A DNA stretch of 64,000 bases from Eledone cirrhosa (GCA_964016885.1 OZ024746.1:55118001-55182000); one strand, 5' to 3'; counted from the first letter of the stretch, positions 27,390 to 42,399 are shown. The notes: generated by a model from the letters alone, not told the origin. Numbers and translations: made by a program.

Positions 27390-30365
27390 TTAATAATTAT
27401 TAATAGTGTATTATCATTGTTCTTTGAGTCTCAGTTACTTCACCTGATCGTTTTCTATCACCGACTCTGGCTTATGCTCATACCTCTTCTCAGAATGTGG
27501 TAAATTGTTTACTTTGCATAGGTGCCAGTGGATCACCCTGCCCATCACATCATGTCTCCAGCCCTTATAGTGAGTCTGGACTAGGTGTTTACACTCGGAT
27601 ACAATGTGAGCCACAGTCTCCTCTCTCTCTACACAGATCCTGCACAGTGGGCTAGCCTCCTCCTTGTAAATATGGTGTTTCAGCCACTTCGTTTTGAGGG
27701 CCTGCTCTTGCGCAGCCATTAGCATTCCTTCTGTAGCTTTTTTCAGGTCTCCTCTTTTCAACCAGTTCCATGTCTGTGGATCTCTGAATTCAGTTTTCTC
27801 AAAGAAGGTACTATGAAGGGATTTTTCATGAAGATTGCTCTTTCTCCTTGTTGTTATTTCCTCCTTGGACATCCCCTGGTCTATTGTCCTCTTCTTCAGT
27901 ACAATTCTGAGCATTGGCTCCTTACTATAAGTCACGTATTTGTGTAGGTTGTTTTTCTCCATCTGAACACAGTCCTCTATGCTGATAAGACCTCTTCCAC
28001 CTTCAAATCTCCTTAAGTAGAATCTATCGACATCACTCCTCTTGTGGAACATGTTGTAGATAGTCAATAGCTTCCTAGTCTTCCTATCCATTTTCTTTTG
28101 TTCAGCAACATTCCATCTCAGAATTCCCGCACTGTACCTAATAATAGACACAGCTCGGGAATTTACTGCACTTATGGCATTCCTACTGTTCAGATGTTAC
28201 TTTAATACGCTCCTAACACTCCGAATGTATTCAGATCTTATCAATTCCTTCATTTTATTGTTCTTGATGTCATCAGCCTCCAGAACACCCAAATACTTGT
28301 ATTCTTCTTCAGTGTCAATTTGCTTTATCACCTCACATTTTGGTACCTGGATTCCGTTGCTTCTGCTCAATTTACCCCTCTTCATCACAAGGACTCCACA
28401 CTTACTAATACCAACTTGCGTACATATATCATTGCTGAAAATACGGACAGTGTCAACAAGCACATCCAAATCATTGTCACTCTTCCCGAAGAGCTTAAGA
28501 TCGTCCATGAAGAGGAGGTGATTGATGGTAAGCTCTCCCTTTCCCAACTTGTATCCTGCTCTCACTTTTCGCAGTATAATGGTCAGGGGCATCAGGGCAA
28601 GGACAAACAACAGAGGGGACAGACTATCTCCCTGGAAGATACATCTCTTGATCTTCACGACTCCCAAGGATTCTCCAGCTGATGTTAACTCTGTTTTCCA
28701 GGACTTCATACTTTTGCCCAACAACTGACTGATGTTATCTGCCACCTTGAAGATCTCTAGGCTTTTGGTGATCCAAGAATGAGGCACCATGTCAAATGGC
28801 TTTTTGTAGTCTATCCATCCCATGGCAAGACCAGTGTGTCTCCTCTTGCAATTCCTCATTACCATCTTATCAATAAGTAACTGGTCCTTTGTACCACAGG
28901 ACTTCTTTAGGCAACCTTTCTGTTCGTCTGGTAACAAGTTGTTTGTGTGGAGGTGATGGTAGATTTCCTCAGACATAATGCTTGTCAACAGTTTCCACAT
29001 TACGGAGAGACATGTGATAGGTCTATAGTTGGTAACATCATTACCCTTGATTTGGTCTTTCATTACCAGAACTGTGGTACCTTTTGTCAACCACTCTGGT
29101 ACATCACCTGACATCAAGCAGTCATTGAACATGGTTGTCAGTTTCGGGTGGAGGGATGTTATATTTTTAATCCAATACCCCTGCACGCCATCTGGGCCTG
29201 GTGATTTCCAGTTGGTTAGATTTTTAGCCTGCCCCTTAAGAGTTTCAACTGTGATCCTCAACTCAGTTTGTTGGTGTGCCTGTTCACTAATCTCCTTTTG
29301 TACTGTCTCAATCCACACTGCCTGGTCATTATGTTTAACATCCTGCTCCCATATTCCTCAGAATGTCTTAGATTGTTCCGCCTCAGGGATCAAGTCGTTT
29401 CCTCTTTCTTTCCTTTCAAGCTGTCCAAACAGCATCTTCTGGTTGTTGTCAAACATGTGGTTCTGTCTATACTGACTGACTCTGCTCTCGTATCGCCTAA
29501 TTGTTGCACTCTTTGCTACAATGTGTTGCGTCAGTTCTTCTATGATAATATTTAGCTTTTTCCTCCTAGTTTTGTACTTTATTTCCAGTCTATTTTTAGT
29601 GTCTATGTTTTTTAGTGTCCCATTCAGCAGGGACTCAAGCTTTCCAATCTCATTTCTCATTTCCCTGATTTGACCATTCAGTCGTTTCTTCCACCAAGCT
29701 TCTGATCTTTCTTGTTTGTTGTTTCCTCTCGCTTTTAGGCCAAGTAATTTCCTCACCGCATTTGCTGTTGCTTTGAGGATGTTGTTGCAGCGGTGAAGGC
29801 TCCTCGCCTGAAGGTATGGGATGACTTTGTTTACCATAGCTGTTGTTTATTTTAACTTTTTTCCTGTCTACAAATCTTAGGTTCACCTCTTCACCTTCAT
29901 TTCCCACTGGCTCGTTTGCCTGGCATACTCCACTCTCCAGTTCCAACTTGCTTATCCACCCATTAGTTCTTATTACCCGAGCCTGCCCGGCCAATTTTTG
30001 TTCATCTAATTTAAATAGAAGAATCTCGTTCCAGATGTTATGCATCCATTTCCTATAGCCTTTCTCCTTGGGGTTACTCTGCAGGTAACATTGCATAACA
30101 GTTCTATTCAATTCTTTCGTCCAGTTGGATCTGGTCCCTTTCCTTCTTCTTCCTCTGACACCAGCAGTATTTGGTTGACAGCCAGGTCCCTGCTGCTGAG
30201 CCAGGGAGCACCTGCTGGGTGAGAGTCTGTCACATGATATTCCAGTCTCCACTTCACCGTTATTCGAACTGTTTAGGTTCGACATTTAAACACTCTTATC
30301 GAGGATTGGTGAATGTATGGTTACATAACCACCGGTGATTTTAGTGTGGCACTATCACGCTGTAG
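27390..30365 (-). mobile_element. R4/Dong-like non-LTR retrotransposon (RLE type), decayed, nuclease C-terminus deleted
   Basis: ORFs 29650..30285, 29358..29837, 28197..29318 (KSPGPDG, NYRPITCL, WIDYKK, IFQGDSLSP, FMDDLK) and 27435..28151 (CRIC...ETVAHIVSEC...RHD, a CCHC zinc knuckle). Confidence 0.9.
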
Positions 30366-31379
30366 ACCAACATAAATAAACAAACAAACAAATAAGTAAA
30401 AAAAAAAAAAAAAGAATACGCATAAGTTTCATTGTAATGTAATGTTTGAATGTCAGACTTAGTTTTTTTCCCCTTCTCTGTCTGTCTGTTTGTTTGTTTT
30501 TCCTTTCATTTTTCCTTTCTTTACGTTTTTCGTTGTTGCTGTGCTGTTTTGATTTTGATTTCTGTTTTTTTTTTTATCTTTTGACCGGGTCATCAAATCA
30601 GTCTATTTATATCTTTTGATGCCTTCCTCTTTTAGTGGGGACACTACGATGCCTGTCTTAGCAGGAGGTAGTGGGAGAGAATAGCGGCAGTAGCGATAAA
30701 GAGGTAGTGGTGGTGGTGGTGTTGTGCTAGTAGTACTTAGCAGGGGGTAGTGGGAGAGAATAGCGGCGGTAGCGATAATGAGGCAGTGGTGGTGGTGATG
30801 TGATCGTAGTACTATAGTGATGGTGTTGAAGTTGAAGTAGAAATAGAAGTTGAGGTAACTTGACAAGAGTTTTTGGCGTGGCGGTGGTGGTGTTGGTGTT
30901 GAAATTATTTGCCTGGCTGGTCACTTAGCCATTTAGCCATTTTGCCATTTTCCTCTTTTTCGACTATAACATTTCTGATCCAAAATTAAATATTAAATAT
31001 TGGGGCCCTATGCCGTACAGTGATGCGTTATGGCTTGCTGAGCGTGACAAACTGTAATCTTATACTTCATTTGTAATAAGAATTATTCTATCACAGTTGT
31101 TTTAAATAAGTAAAAATGAAAAACTTACCTGAGCGATTCCATAACGATATATATTCACCATGTGCGTTTTCTTCCCTATATTATTATTATTATTATTATT
31201 CCACTTATTCCTAACTTTTTTTTCCCAATTTAATGATGTTCCAGAACAATATAAAAGAGATAATTGGCAATTTAGGTTCTGGAATAAAAAAGATAATTGG
31301 CAAAAAGGGCAGGGGCCCCAGGTTGTCACAGCCTGGGCCCGCTCGTCATCGTGCCATTGTAATAGAGCGAAGCAAGGTA

Positions 31380-34300
31380 TTTAGTCTTGGCTGCTGGAAG
31401 AAGGACGCTGTTTGACAGGGATTCCTTGGAGCGTCCTGAACGAAAGACCGCTCTTGTTGCAAAGGAACTTCGACGTTACGATCTTGACATCGTGGCTTTA
31501 TCTGAGACGAGGTTAGCTGGAGATGGTCATCTTACAGAATTTTGTGGAGAATATACATTCTTCTGGAAAGGAAGAGATGAAGGAACCAGAAGAGAGGCTG
31601 GGGTGGGATTTGCTGTTAAGACTATTCTTCTGAATACATTAGAATAATTCCCAGTAGGGATTAGTGAGCGTCTCATGTCCATGACAATTCCGCTGGACAA
31701 AGGAAGAAATGCGACCCTTGTGAGTGTGTATGCTCCAACTATGTATTCTGTCGATGAAGAAAACGTGTCCTTTTACCATGCCTTGAAAGGTGTTTTAAGA
31801 AATATCCCTCAGGCAGACACAGTCATCGTGCTTGGTGAATTGATGCTAGAGTGGGTAGGGATTTTAACACATGGAATGTAATCGAAAGGCATGGGGTGGG
31901 AAATTGTAACAACAATGGTATGCTCCCGCTGCAGATATGTGAGGAGCTGGATCTGTGTGTTACCAATACAATGTTCCAACAAAATAACAAATTCAAGACC
32001 ACATGGATGCATCCTGCATCTAAGGAATGTCATCTTTTGGACTACGCCCTAGTCAGCATGCGTGACAGACAGGATGTACAGTGTGTTCGTGCTCTTCGTG
32101 GAGCTGAGTGCTGGACGGTCCACCGCCTGGTACGCGCAAAAGTGAAATTAATCACTAAACGTAAAATCCGGGCTCCTGGTGTTGCCCTGCCCAAAAGATT
32201 GAATGCTGCTCGTCTTAAGGATAAAAATGTGAAGAGGACATTGGAAGAAGAGATGCAGGCTGCAGATCTTGGTGAGGATTGGCTGGCCCTTAAAAAGTCG
32301 GTTTATGATGTAGAGAGGCGTATTCTGGGATTGGTGCAGAGAAAACATCAGGACTGGTTTAATGAGAATGATGTACATATAGAAGACTTGTTGGCTGATA
32401 AGAGGCGTGCTCTGTCACGCTACTTGACGGCAAAACCACAGGAGAGGAATACGTTGCATGAGGAACTCAAGGATGTAAAATCACGTGTTAGGCAGAGTCT
32501 TCCTCAGATGAAGGATCAGTGCTAGAGTGAGAAGGCTGGTGAGATACAAACTGCGTCAGATTCCAATAACACGAAGCTGTTGTACAGTCCCTTGCGTGAG
32601 CTTTATGGACCGTCTTCTTCTCTGGTGACACCGCTTCGCAGCAAGGATGGCAAAGAACTTCTTCGTGCCTCACGAGGAATTCTACGAAGGTGGCGAGAGC
32701 TCTTTGATGATCTTTTGAATCAGCCGTCTGTCGTCAGTGAAGATTTCCTCAATCTCATTCCAGAAAGTCCTGTGAAAGTAGCTCTCGCAGAACCTCCGAC
32801 GCTTGTGGAGATTGCAGTGGCTATCTCGAAGCTGAACAGTGGAAGGTCTCAAGGTATGGATGGCATACATGTTGAGCTCCTACAATATGGTGGTGAGAGA
32901 CTCCTGCAACATCTTCACTATTTGTTTGGAAGGATATGGGCTAATGAATCCGTACCTGAGCACTGGAGAGCTGCAGTAATGGTGGTATTGTACAAGGGAA
33001 AGTGTAACAGGAATGATTGTGGGAACTACAGAGGTATATCATTGCTTTCTGTCGTAGGGTAAGTTTTATGTAGGGTGCTTCTGGACCGTCTGCTGACACA
33101 CATTGCAGATTGTGTTCTTCCTGAAAGTCAATCTGGTTTTCGTGTTGGACGCGGCACTACTGATATGATCTTCTCAGCTAGACAGCTCCAGGAGAAGTGC
33201 ATGGAACAAGGTTTGGATCTGTATCATGTTTGGTCGATCTGACAAAAGCTTTCGATACTGTTAACAGAGATGCATTATGGAAGGTTCTCCAGAAACTTGG
33301 TTGCCCTGATAAGTTCCTTGCTTTAGTTAGGTCTTTCCATGACGACATGAAGGCTTGGGTTAATATCGGAGGTAACATCTCGGAGCCTATCTCAGTAAAA
33401 AATGGAGTGAAACAGGGGGATATTCCAGCACCGACCCTGTTTGCCATATACTTTGCAATGGTTTTCTCTATTGCATTCAGGAATTGCGAGCATGGTGTTT
33501 ACATCCGATATCGAACCTCAGGCAGCATATTTGACATTAGGCGCTTTGCTGCAAAGACAACAGTATGTACATCAATCATAAGAGACCTCTTGTATGCAGA
33601 TGATTGCGATCTTGTAGCGCACACAGAGAGTGATATGCAGAACATTTTGAATGCATTTTCTGACACTTGCACTGCCCTAGGATTGACTGTCAGTCTCAAG
33701 AAAACCGTCGTCATGTACCAACCTGCCCCTAGTAAGTGGTACACTGTACCAACTATCTATGTGTATGGTAAACAAGTTGGAGTGGTTGATCAGTTTGTCT
33801 ACCTGAGAAGCACTGTCAATCGAAACAGCAACCTTGATAGTGAAATCTCATTTAGGATTAGGAAAGCAAGTGATGCTTTCGGAAAGCTAGAAAGGCGACT
33901 CTAGGGTCGGCGAGACATATGCAAGAAGACAAAGATAAAAGTGTACAAGGCATGTGTGCTCTCTTGTCTTCTTTATGCCTGCGAGACCTGGATCACATAT
34001 CGACACCACCTTAAGCAATTGGAGCATTTCCATCAGATGTGTCTCAGACGGATCCATGGCGTTCACTGGAGGGGCAACATCAGTGATGTCGAGATTTTGG
34101 AAAGCTCTATGTGTGACAGTATACAAACTCTTGTGCTTAAGCAACGACTCCGTTGGAGTGGTCACCTTGCCAGGATGAAGGATTCTAGAATACCAAAACA
34201 ACTCTTTTATAGAGAGTTAGTTAAAGGAAAACGATGTCACATAAACAAAAAAAGAGGTATAAGGATTCCTTGAAAGCCTCTTTGAAAGATGCTAATATCT

Positions 34301-34750
34301 CTACTGATATATGGGAAAAATATTGCTGCTGATCGTAATAAATGGAGAAAGACTGCATATGAGGGAAAAGTTGTCTTTGAGACATCTCGAATCGCATACA
34401 AGAAAGTAAAGCGGGATGTGAGGAAGGGCAATGCTGTTGCACTTCCAGACGGCGAGAGTCCTACTATGGTGCTGACATTCAGCGTCTGTGCGAGACTCTG
34501 CCTAAGCAAAGCTGGACTCAAAAGACATCTTCGCAGTCATAAATGAGACCATTGGTTGACTACGAGGCTGCTGTTGGAGATGCTACTTATGATGCTTGCA
34601 AAGCATGTGGTAGAGAGTGTAAATCAGTAAGAGGGCTCAAGAGACACGCAAAAGTACATGAAATCCAACCACAGCCGGCTATTGCCAGTGAATGTTTGGT
34701 TGCCGATTCTGTGCAAGACATTTTATATCATTGGCTGTGCTAAAAAAGCC
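31380..34750 (+). mobile_element. RTE-clade LINE (APE + RT + C-terminal C2H2 fingers), decayed; likely terminal piece at ~35030..35076
   Basis: DIVALSETR, GVGFAV, SVYAPT, TTWMHP (APE). NYRGISLL, DLTKAFD, GVKQG, LYADD, LRWSGH (RT). CARLCLSKAGLKRH and [17 protein letters not shown]. Confidence 0.95.
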
Positions 34751-34858
34751 ACATTCGATCGCAGCGCTGTTAGTTGCTATCGTGTGTGTGTATGTATAGA
34801 CATGTTTATGTGTGTGCGTGTGTGTGTATATATGTATATTATTATTGTTGTTGTTGTC

Positions 34859-34900
<42 letters not shown>

Positions 34901-34953
34901 GTTATTACTATATGTGTATGTATATGTATGTGTATGTATATGTATATATGTAT

Positions 34954-35001
<48 letters not shown>

Positions 35002-35163
35002 TTATATATGTATTTATTTTTTATTATTTTTCTCTCGTGCAATGGCCATACTCGATAACGAGGGGGCAGTCATCTTATGTATATATATATGTATATATAT
35101 ATGTATATATATATATGTATATATGTATGTATATACATATGTATGTATATATATATATGTATG

Positions 35164-35196
<33 letters not shown>

Positions 35197-35201
35197 GTAA
35201 G

Positions 35202-35294
<93 letters not shown>

Positions 35295-35299
35295 GTATG

Positions 35300-35331
<32 letters not shown>

Positions 35332-35351
35332 TGTATGTATATATATATATG

Positions 35352-35424
<73 letters not shown>

Positions 35425-35499
35425 GTATATATATATGTATGTATATATGTATGTATATATATATATGTATATATATATATATGTATATATATATGTATG

Positions 35500-35534
<35 letters not shown>

Positions 35535-35564
35535 GTATATATATGTATGTATATATATAATAAT

Positions 35565-36455
35565 TGTTATTAGCAAGACATACCCGTTCCAAAGACCCTC
35601 ATGTATAGATAAGAAATGTATAACCTGTAAAATAAGCCCCCATATTAACTGTAAAACTAGAAATGTAGTGTATAGCATAAGATGTACTGACGGACAATGT
35701 AGAAACAAAAATATAGTGTACATAGGTGAGACAGCTCGTAGTATTGGGGAACGGATAAATGAACACTGGCGAGACCTTCAAGATAATAAAGAATCATCTG
35801 TACTCTACCAACATGCTAAGATAGAACACAAGGGTAAATTAGAGAACATAGAAATTAAAATAGAATCTACACACAGAAAAGATGCAATGTTTAGACAAAT
35901 TACAGAGGCAATAAACATAAAAGAATTACAACCAAAATTAAATAGAGAATATGAGTGGAACAGCAACATCACAACTTACAATTAAGGACAAAATAAAAAA
36001 ACACACACACATAGAACAAACAACCAACCAATAACATGTACATAAATAAACAAATAGATAAATGAACACAAACACACACAGACACCCGGATGTGGCGCAT
36101 GCGCAAACTGAGCACACAACACACACACAGAAACAAAATGGCGTAGCACAGAAGAAAGGAAAGGCACATAAACAAAGAAAGGAATCCCCAGTCACTGAAG
36201 AGGTCACAGAGTGTGTGACGAAAGGACTATGAATATATATAAACAACTATCTGGTTGTGGAACCAACCAACCAACCAGAAATTTATAAATTTGTAGATTT
36301 GTAAATTTATAAATTTATAAATATATAATAAATTGAAGTGAAAGCAACTGGTGCGTGTGTTTCTTATTGGCAACATGACCCTCCCAAAGTATAACAATAT
36401 CGGTTTCAACACACGATTTCAGATAAAGAATCCTGCTAAACAAATTCAGAAACGA
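35565..36455 (+). mobile_element. PLE 3' end: GIY-YIG plus pLTR with hammerhead at 36191..36233
   Basis: CITCK...[13 protein letters not shown]...[16 protein letters not shown]...RQITEAINI...LNREYEW. Downstream gtca-CTGAAGA-ggtcacagagtgtgtgac-GAAA-ggac-ta-tgaa. Confidence 0.92.
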
Positions 36456-36599
36456 AATATGTATATATATTTGTATGTATACATATATATATGTAAGTAT
36501 GTTTTGAAATAGTGAGCAGGTTTGAAATTAGAAAATAGAATAGATTTCACCGTATTTTTGACTAAAGGAATTTTAGCCCGATAATGGGGTTTAGAACCC

Positions 36600-39500
36600 T
36601 AGGATGAATGGAAAAAAGATGAGTTATATATTTCTTGGTGAGAAAGGTGATTTTGGACATCCTGCAGGACTAAAACAAAACCTGTCAAAGGGTAAGGAAC
36701 TCCTGGAAGCTCTTAAGAGCTCTTGGAGTCAATGGCCATCCAAAATCAGCACGGCCTGCCGAAAGGCGCTGCAGTGCCGGAAAAGTCAACTTCCTGCTAC
36801 TAATATGCTGGTAAGCTAGTACAACGTATCTCCAGACGGATAGAGTGGGTCCGTGGCTTTGGTTAGCGACTACTCTAGTGCTTGCAACACGAACAATTAG
36901 GGCGAGGGTATAAATGCCAGGTTGGTATCTGGCGCCGGGTAACCCACCACACGGAGGAGAAAGCACCTTCTTCAAGACTTGGCTGTCAAATTATTTCACA
37001 TGTGTGTAGTAGTGGCGCCCACACACATTATTAGCTATTTGAAAAGATGATGATTTCGTAACTGACTGCACCAGGGTTCCTGTTCCTCAGGGAACCACAC
37101 TATATGGTATACCTATTGATATATGTCCAGCCCCTGCTTTCCCGGGTCCCGTTTCTGATCATAATGCACCTACAAAGGCATCGAATAATGATGCATCCTC
37201 AAATCTCAAAGGACGGGGTTCAGCTTATGGAGAAGAAACTGGTCCTAACCAAACAACAAGCAAATCTCGCCTCCTTCCAGCAGGTAGACTCCAGGAGCTG
37301 GCAGAGAATGCCAAACTTCAGAACATTGACATCCTTGCGGTCCAAGAACACCGCTTTTTCCACCCAAAGGATGATCTCAAGTATCACACCCTAGGATCCT
37401 ACCAACTTGTCACCTCTTCAGCCACCAAGAACCCTGTCAATGCCTCCGTCGGAGGAGTCGGCTGCCTTCTCTCATTTAAAGCCAGCAATAATCTTATGGG
37501 GATTGAAACAATCTCTCCCAGAATCTTGGTGCTTACAGTAGAGGGCAATCCTAGAACCACTGCGATATGTGTATACAGTCCTCATAACGCCTCTCCTGAG
37601 GATGAGGTAAGAGAATTCTACACGACCCTTCGCACAGCTGTTGAGCAAGTACCCTTACACAACTTTCTTATCATCGCTGGAGACCTCAACGCTCAACTTG
37701 GCCCGGATGAAGTAAAGTTCACATACAATAGGGTTACTAACCGAAACGGGGAATATCTCAAGGACTTCATGGAAGAATTCAGTCTATTCAGCTCAAACAA
37801 CAGCTTCATGAAGACCAGAGGCCGGCTTTGGACCTTCGAATACCCAAACCAAAAACGAGCTCAGATTGACTATTTGATATTTCGCAAGGAATGGAGAAAC
37901 TCAATCAAGGATTCTAGATCTTATTCCTCCTTTAGCTCTGTCGGCTCAGATCATCGAGTCATCTCGGCAACAATCAAACTTAGTCTCAGGATATCCAAGA
38001 GGGCCGAACCTCATCCCATGAAAAGAATAGACTGGAAAGCCGTTTCTTCCAACAAACAACTATCCAATAGCTTCACGCTTCAAGTCTATAACAGATTTCA
38101 ATCTCTCTCAACTTCTGACATCAATGACGATAATATTGAGGATGTGTATGACTGTCTTAAGCAATCAACAGAGGAAGTTGCACTTGCCACGCTACCTAAA
38201 AAGAAAAGCCGAAGCCAAATGAAACCTAGTGCCTTAGAGTAGGTAGTTGAGGCAAGGGCCCATCTTAGGTCAATATCCCAAACTCAGCATCAATCACCAT
38301 CTCAAGGGAAAAAGATACAGCTTATCATGGCTAAAAAAATCACTAGACGACGCTTATCTTAATGCTGAAGCCGACTATATCTCAGGTGGGATTGATCAGC
38401 TACCGCAACATCACATCAGCAAACACCATCATCTTGCTTGGAAGGTTGTCAAAGATCTTTCAGGCGAAAACTCAAACTCTGCAGTTAGAATCAAAGAAGG
38501 CTCTGCCAAAAAACGTCTTGAAAATTGGTCTGCTCATTTTAAAAAACTTCTAGGGAAAAAGGCCAGACTCCCTGATAACTATCAACTGCCATCCGTTCAG
38601 GTTTCAGAGCCTTTAGGAATCAACACCTCTCCTTCACCATGCCTGAGCTCAAAGAAGCCATCAAACAGCTCAAAGCCTCAAAAGCCTTTGGGCACAGATA
38701 ATATACCTACCCTGATTTGGAAGGATGAGCATTTCCACATTCTTTTGCTCAACCTATGTAACCATACTTTCGAGACCAATAAACCACCTAGCGTCTGGCA
38801 TGCAGCTCAAATTATCCCCATGCCCAGAAAAGGAGATCTTTCTTTAGCCACCAACTATAGAGGAATTTCTCTCATGGCAATTGCTGCAAACATATACAAC
38901 AAGCTTCTCCTTAACCGCTTAATTCTATTCGTAACAACCAGAATGGATTTAGGAGAGGTAGATCAACACTTAGCCAGATTCTCTGCCTTCGCCGACTTAT
39001 AGAGAAGTCCCAAAACCGCAATCTAGACCTTGCACTTATCTTTGTTGATTTTTCAAAAGCCTTCGACTCAGTTGACAGGTCGGGGATGTTTGAAATTCTA
39101 CAACTTTATGGGATTCCTGATAAAATCATCGCGGCCATACGTGTAATGTATACATATACCAAATCAACTGTCCTGACGCCAGATGGGGAAACACCACCTT
39201 TCTCATTCCTCGCTGGAATTTTACAGGGCAATACTCTTGCTCCGTATCTATTTATAATTGTTGTGGATTATGTTTTGCGCATGTCTGTGGATAGGATTCA
39301 GGATAGGGGATACCACCTACAGCCTAGGAGAAGCTCACGCTACCCAGCAAAATACTTGACCGACACCGACTTTGCTGACGACATCGCATTGATCAGTCAG
39401 TCACTGGAAAATGCTGAGAGTCTTTTGAAGTCATTAGAGCAAGCGTCCAACTGTGTTGGACTGTACCTCAACGAATACAAGACTGAGTATGTGAACAGAT

Positions 39501-40130
39501 GCGCAAACAGCCCAAACTACCCCATCAGAACCCTTAATGGTACCACCTTTAAGCAGGTGGAAGATTACAAGTATCTTGGCTCATATATCTCCTCCTTCAA
39601 AAAATATTTTCTAACCAGGAAGGGTATGGCATGGTCAGCGTGCAATGACATGCACGCCATATGGACATCTCAACTTACCAACAAGCTAAAACTGGAAATA
39701 TTCCAAGCAACCATTAAGCCCATATTACTTTATGGATCCGAAACTTTGACACTAACATCGCAACTTGAGAGGAGATTGGATGGCACATATACCCGCCTCT
39801 TAATGAGAGTGCAAAACCTAACCTGGAAACGACATCCCACCTTGTCTAAAATCTATGGCAAACTCCCTCGAGCCTCTGCCCTTCTAAAATCCCAGAGAGC
39901 TCAATTTGCTGGCCACTGTCACCGTGCCAGCAATGAAACATATCCGCTCTCTTGCTCTGCAACCCTGACTCCAGCCTGACTAGGAATAGAGAGCTGTCAT
40001 TCCCTGACGTTATCTCTAGGGATACGGGATTCAGTAGACGGGACCTGGGGGCAGCGATGGGGGACAGGGAATTCTGGGGCATGAGGGTGAGATCCATCAT
40101 TTCGACAGTGGTCGACGGATGATGGTGATG
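36600..40130 (+). mobile_element. Near-full-length APE-RT LINE (RTE-like) with long 5' UTR and (GAT)n-like tail, decayed
   Basis: ORFs 37496..38242 (CVYSP, AGDLNA, QIDY, SDH), 38247..39002 (NYRGISL) and 39086..39979 (GILQG, FADD, YKYLGS). Ends gatgatggtgatg then (TA)n. Confidence 0.93.
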
Positions 40131-40167
40131 ATATATATATATGTATATATATATAAGTACGTATATA

Positions 40168-40278
<111 letters not shown>

Positions 40279-40403
40279 ATATATATATATGTCTATATAT
40301 ATGTGTATGTATATATTTATGTATATATATATGTATATATATATATGTCTGTATATATATATGTATATATATGTATGTATATATATATGTATGTATATAT
40401 ATC

Positions 40404-40845
40404 CGGGAGAGATGACCCCTTAGCCTTTGTCAAGGCAGAATTCTAGGAGAAGGAAAACTCTGATATAACACCTGCAACCCTGATGGTAATCCAATGATGT
40501 TGACTTGTTCTTCTTTTTGGTAAATATCATCTTGGTTAAGAGAGTGGGACTGGCTTTGTGCAGTGCCTTTGCTCACTATAAAAGCTTCACGGCACAGGCA
40601 TTGCTTTATATCTGGAGATCTCTCTGCACTTGTCCTCACATGGGCCCAGCACTATGTGTCAATAATTGTCCTACCATGGGCCCAGCACTATGTGTCAATG
40701 ATTGTCACAGGTGTAGTGTTTGTACCAGAGGTTCACAAGTCGCTGGCTGGACTAAAAAGTCACACTCGTTCAGCGCTTCGGTAGGGGTTATCCTACATGG
40801 ATGTAAAGTAGTGGCCGTACTCGAAAACGAGTTGGCAGCCACCAT
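40404..40845 (+). mobile_element. Internally deleted non-autonomous RTE derivative (5' UTR + C2H2 3' end) inside (TA)n
   Basis: 5' part resembles 27125..27388. 3' part encodes HRCSVC...KSLAGLKSH. Terminal ggccgtactcgaaaacgag..ggcagcca resembles 35044..35075. Confidence 0.6.
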
Positions 40846-41208
40846 GTATATATATATATATGTATATATATATGCATATATATATATGTATGTATATATA
40901 TATGTATGTATATATATATGTATGGATATATGTATACATACATATATGTATATATATATGTATATATATATATAGATATATATACATATATATATATAAA
41001 TGTATATATATACATATATATATACATATATATACATGTATATATATATATGTATATATATATATATGTATATATATATATGTTTATATATATATATAAA
41101 TGTAAGTATGCATGTCTGCATTTTGGTAACTGCCGTACTAAGAGTGAGAAATGAAATTTCGTTTCATTCTATTCCATTTATATATATACACACACACACA
41201 CACACACA

Positions 41209-41300
<92 letters not shown>

Positions 41301-41479
41301 AATATTTACATTGACACCAATTAAACAAAGTCACATATATATATGTGTTTTGGCAACCATTCACGATGTGGCTGAATGAAGATATAATAAATTCAATAAA
41401 TTAAATAAAGTAAATAAAGAAATGATGCATATATATTATCAAATGATAATATATATATGGACATATGGACATGTTTTAC

Positions 41480-41564
<85 letters not shown>

Positions 41565-41568
<4 letters not shown>

Positions 41569-42145
41569 GATACTATTTATGTTTATGCATATACAAAAAC
41601 CTTTTGTAGTTATATATATTTTTACAAACCCTAAATAGTCGTAGGCAGTAACATATTACTACCTTATTACCAGTAAGATAAATAGCTCAATGTAATAACA
41701 TCAGTTGTTTTACAGAGCAGTTATATATAAGTTATAAGAATCAAAGTTCTGTTCAAATCATTTATATGCTTACTAATAATATAATATTATATTAAATAAT
41801 ATTATATAAATAAGACACACGTGCTTGCCACACGTGAAACTATTGCACACACTAACTGCTTCTGACTATCCTATCGCATTAAACTCATGTTGTATTTTAA
41901 ATTTAATTTTGATTTTATCCTCTTTTGATATGAAGGTAATCTTAAAATGTATACTGCCACGCTAAATGTTATAATGGATGTCGACCCACCAAGCAACAAT
42001 ATATGCATATGTATGTGTATGTCCCCTGGGTGGAAAAGGAGGTCATACATGTGATCATTCATTAATAAATTGCTCCGAAGAAGCCAAACCTCGATTTGGA
42101 GGAAACAATTGTAAGCATATAAATGATTTGAACAGAACTTTGATT

Positions 42146-42151
<6 letters not shown>
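41565..42151. mobile_element. Second copy of the 19165..19907 fold-back pLTR family
   Basis: Aligns with 19175..19380 and 19515..19890. 41733..41773 is inverted relative to 42111..42151. Confidence 0.85.
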
Positions 42152-42216
<65 letters not shown>

Positions 42217-42364
42217 TTATATATACATATATATATGTATACATATATATATACATATATATATTCATATATATATATACATATATATATTTATATGTAT
42301 ATATATATATGTGTATATATATATATGTATATATGTGTATATATATATATGTATATATATATGT

Positions 42365-42399
<35 letters not shown>

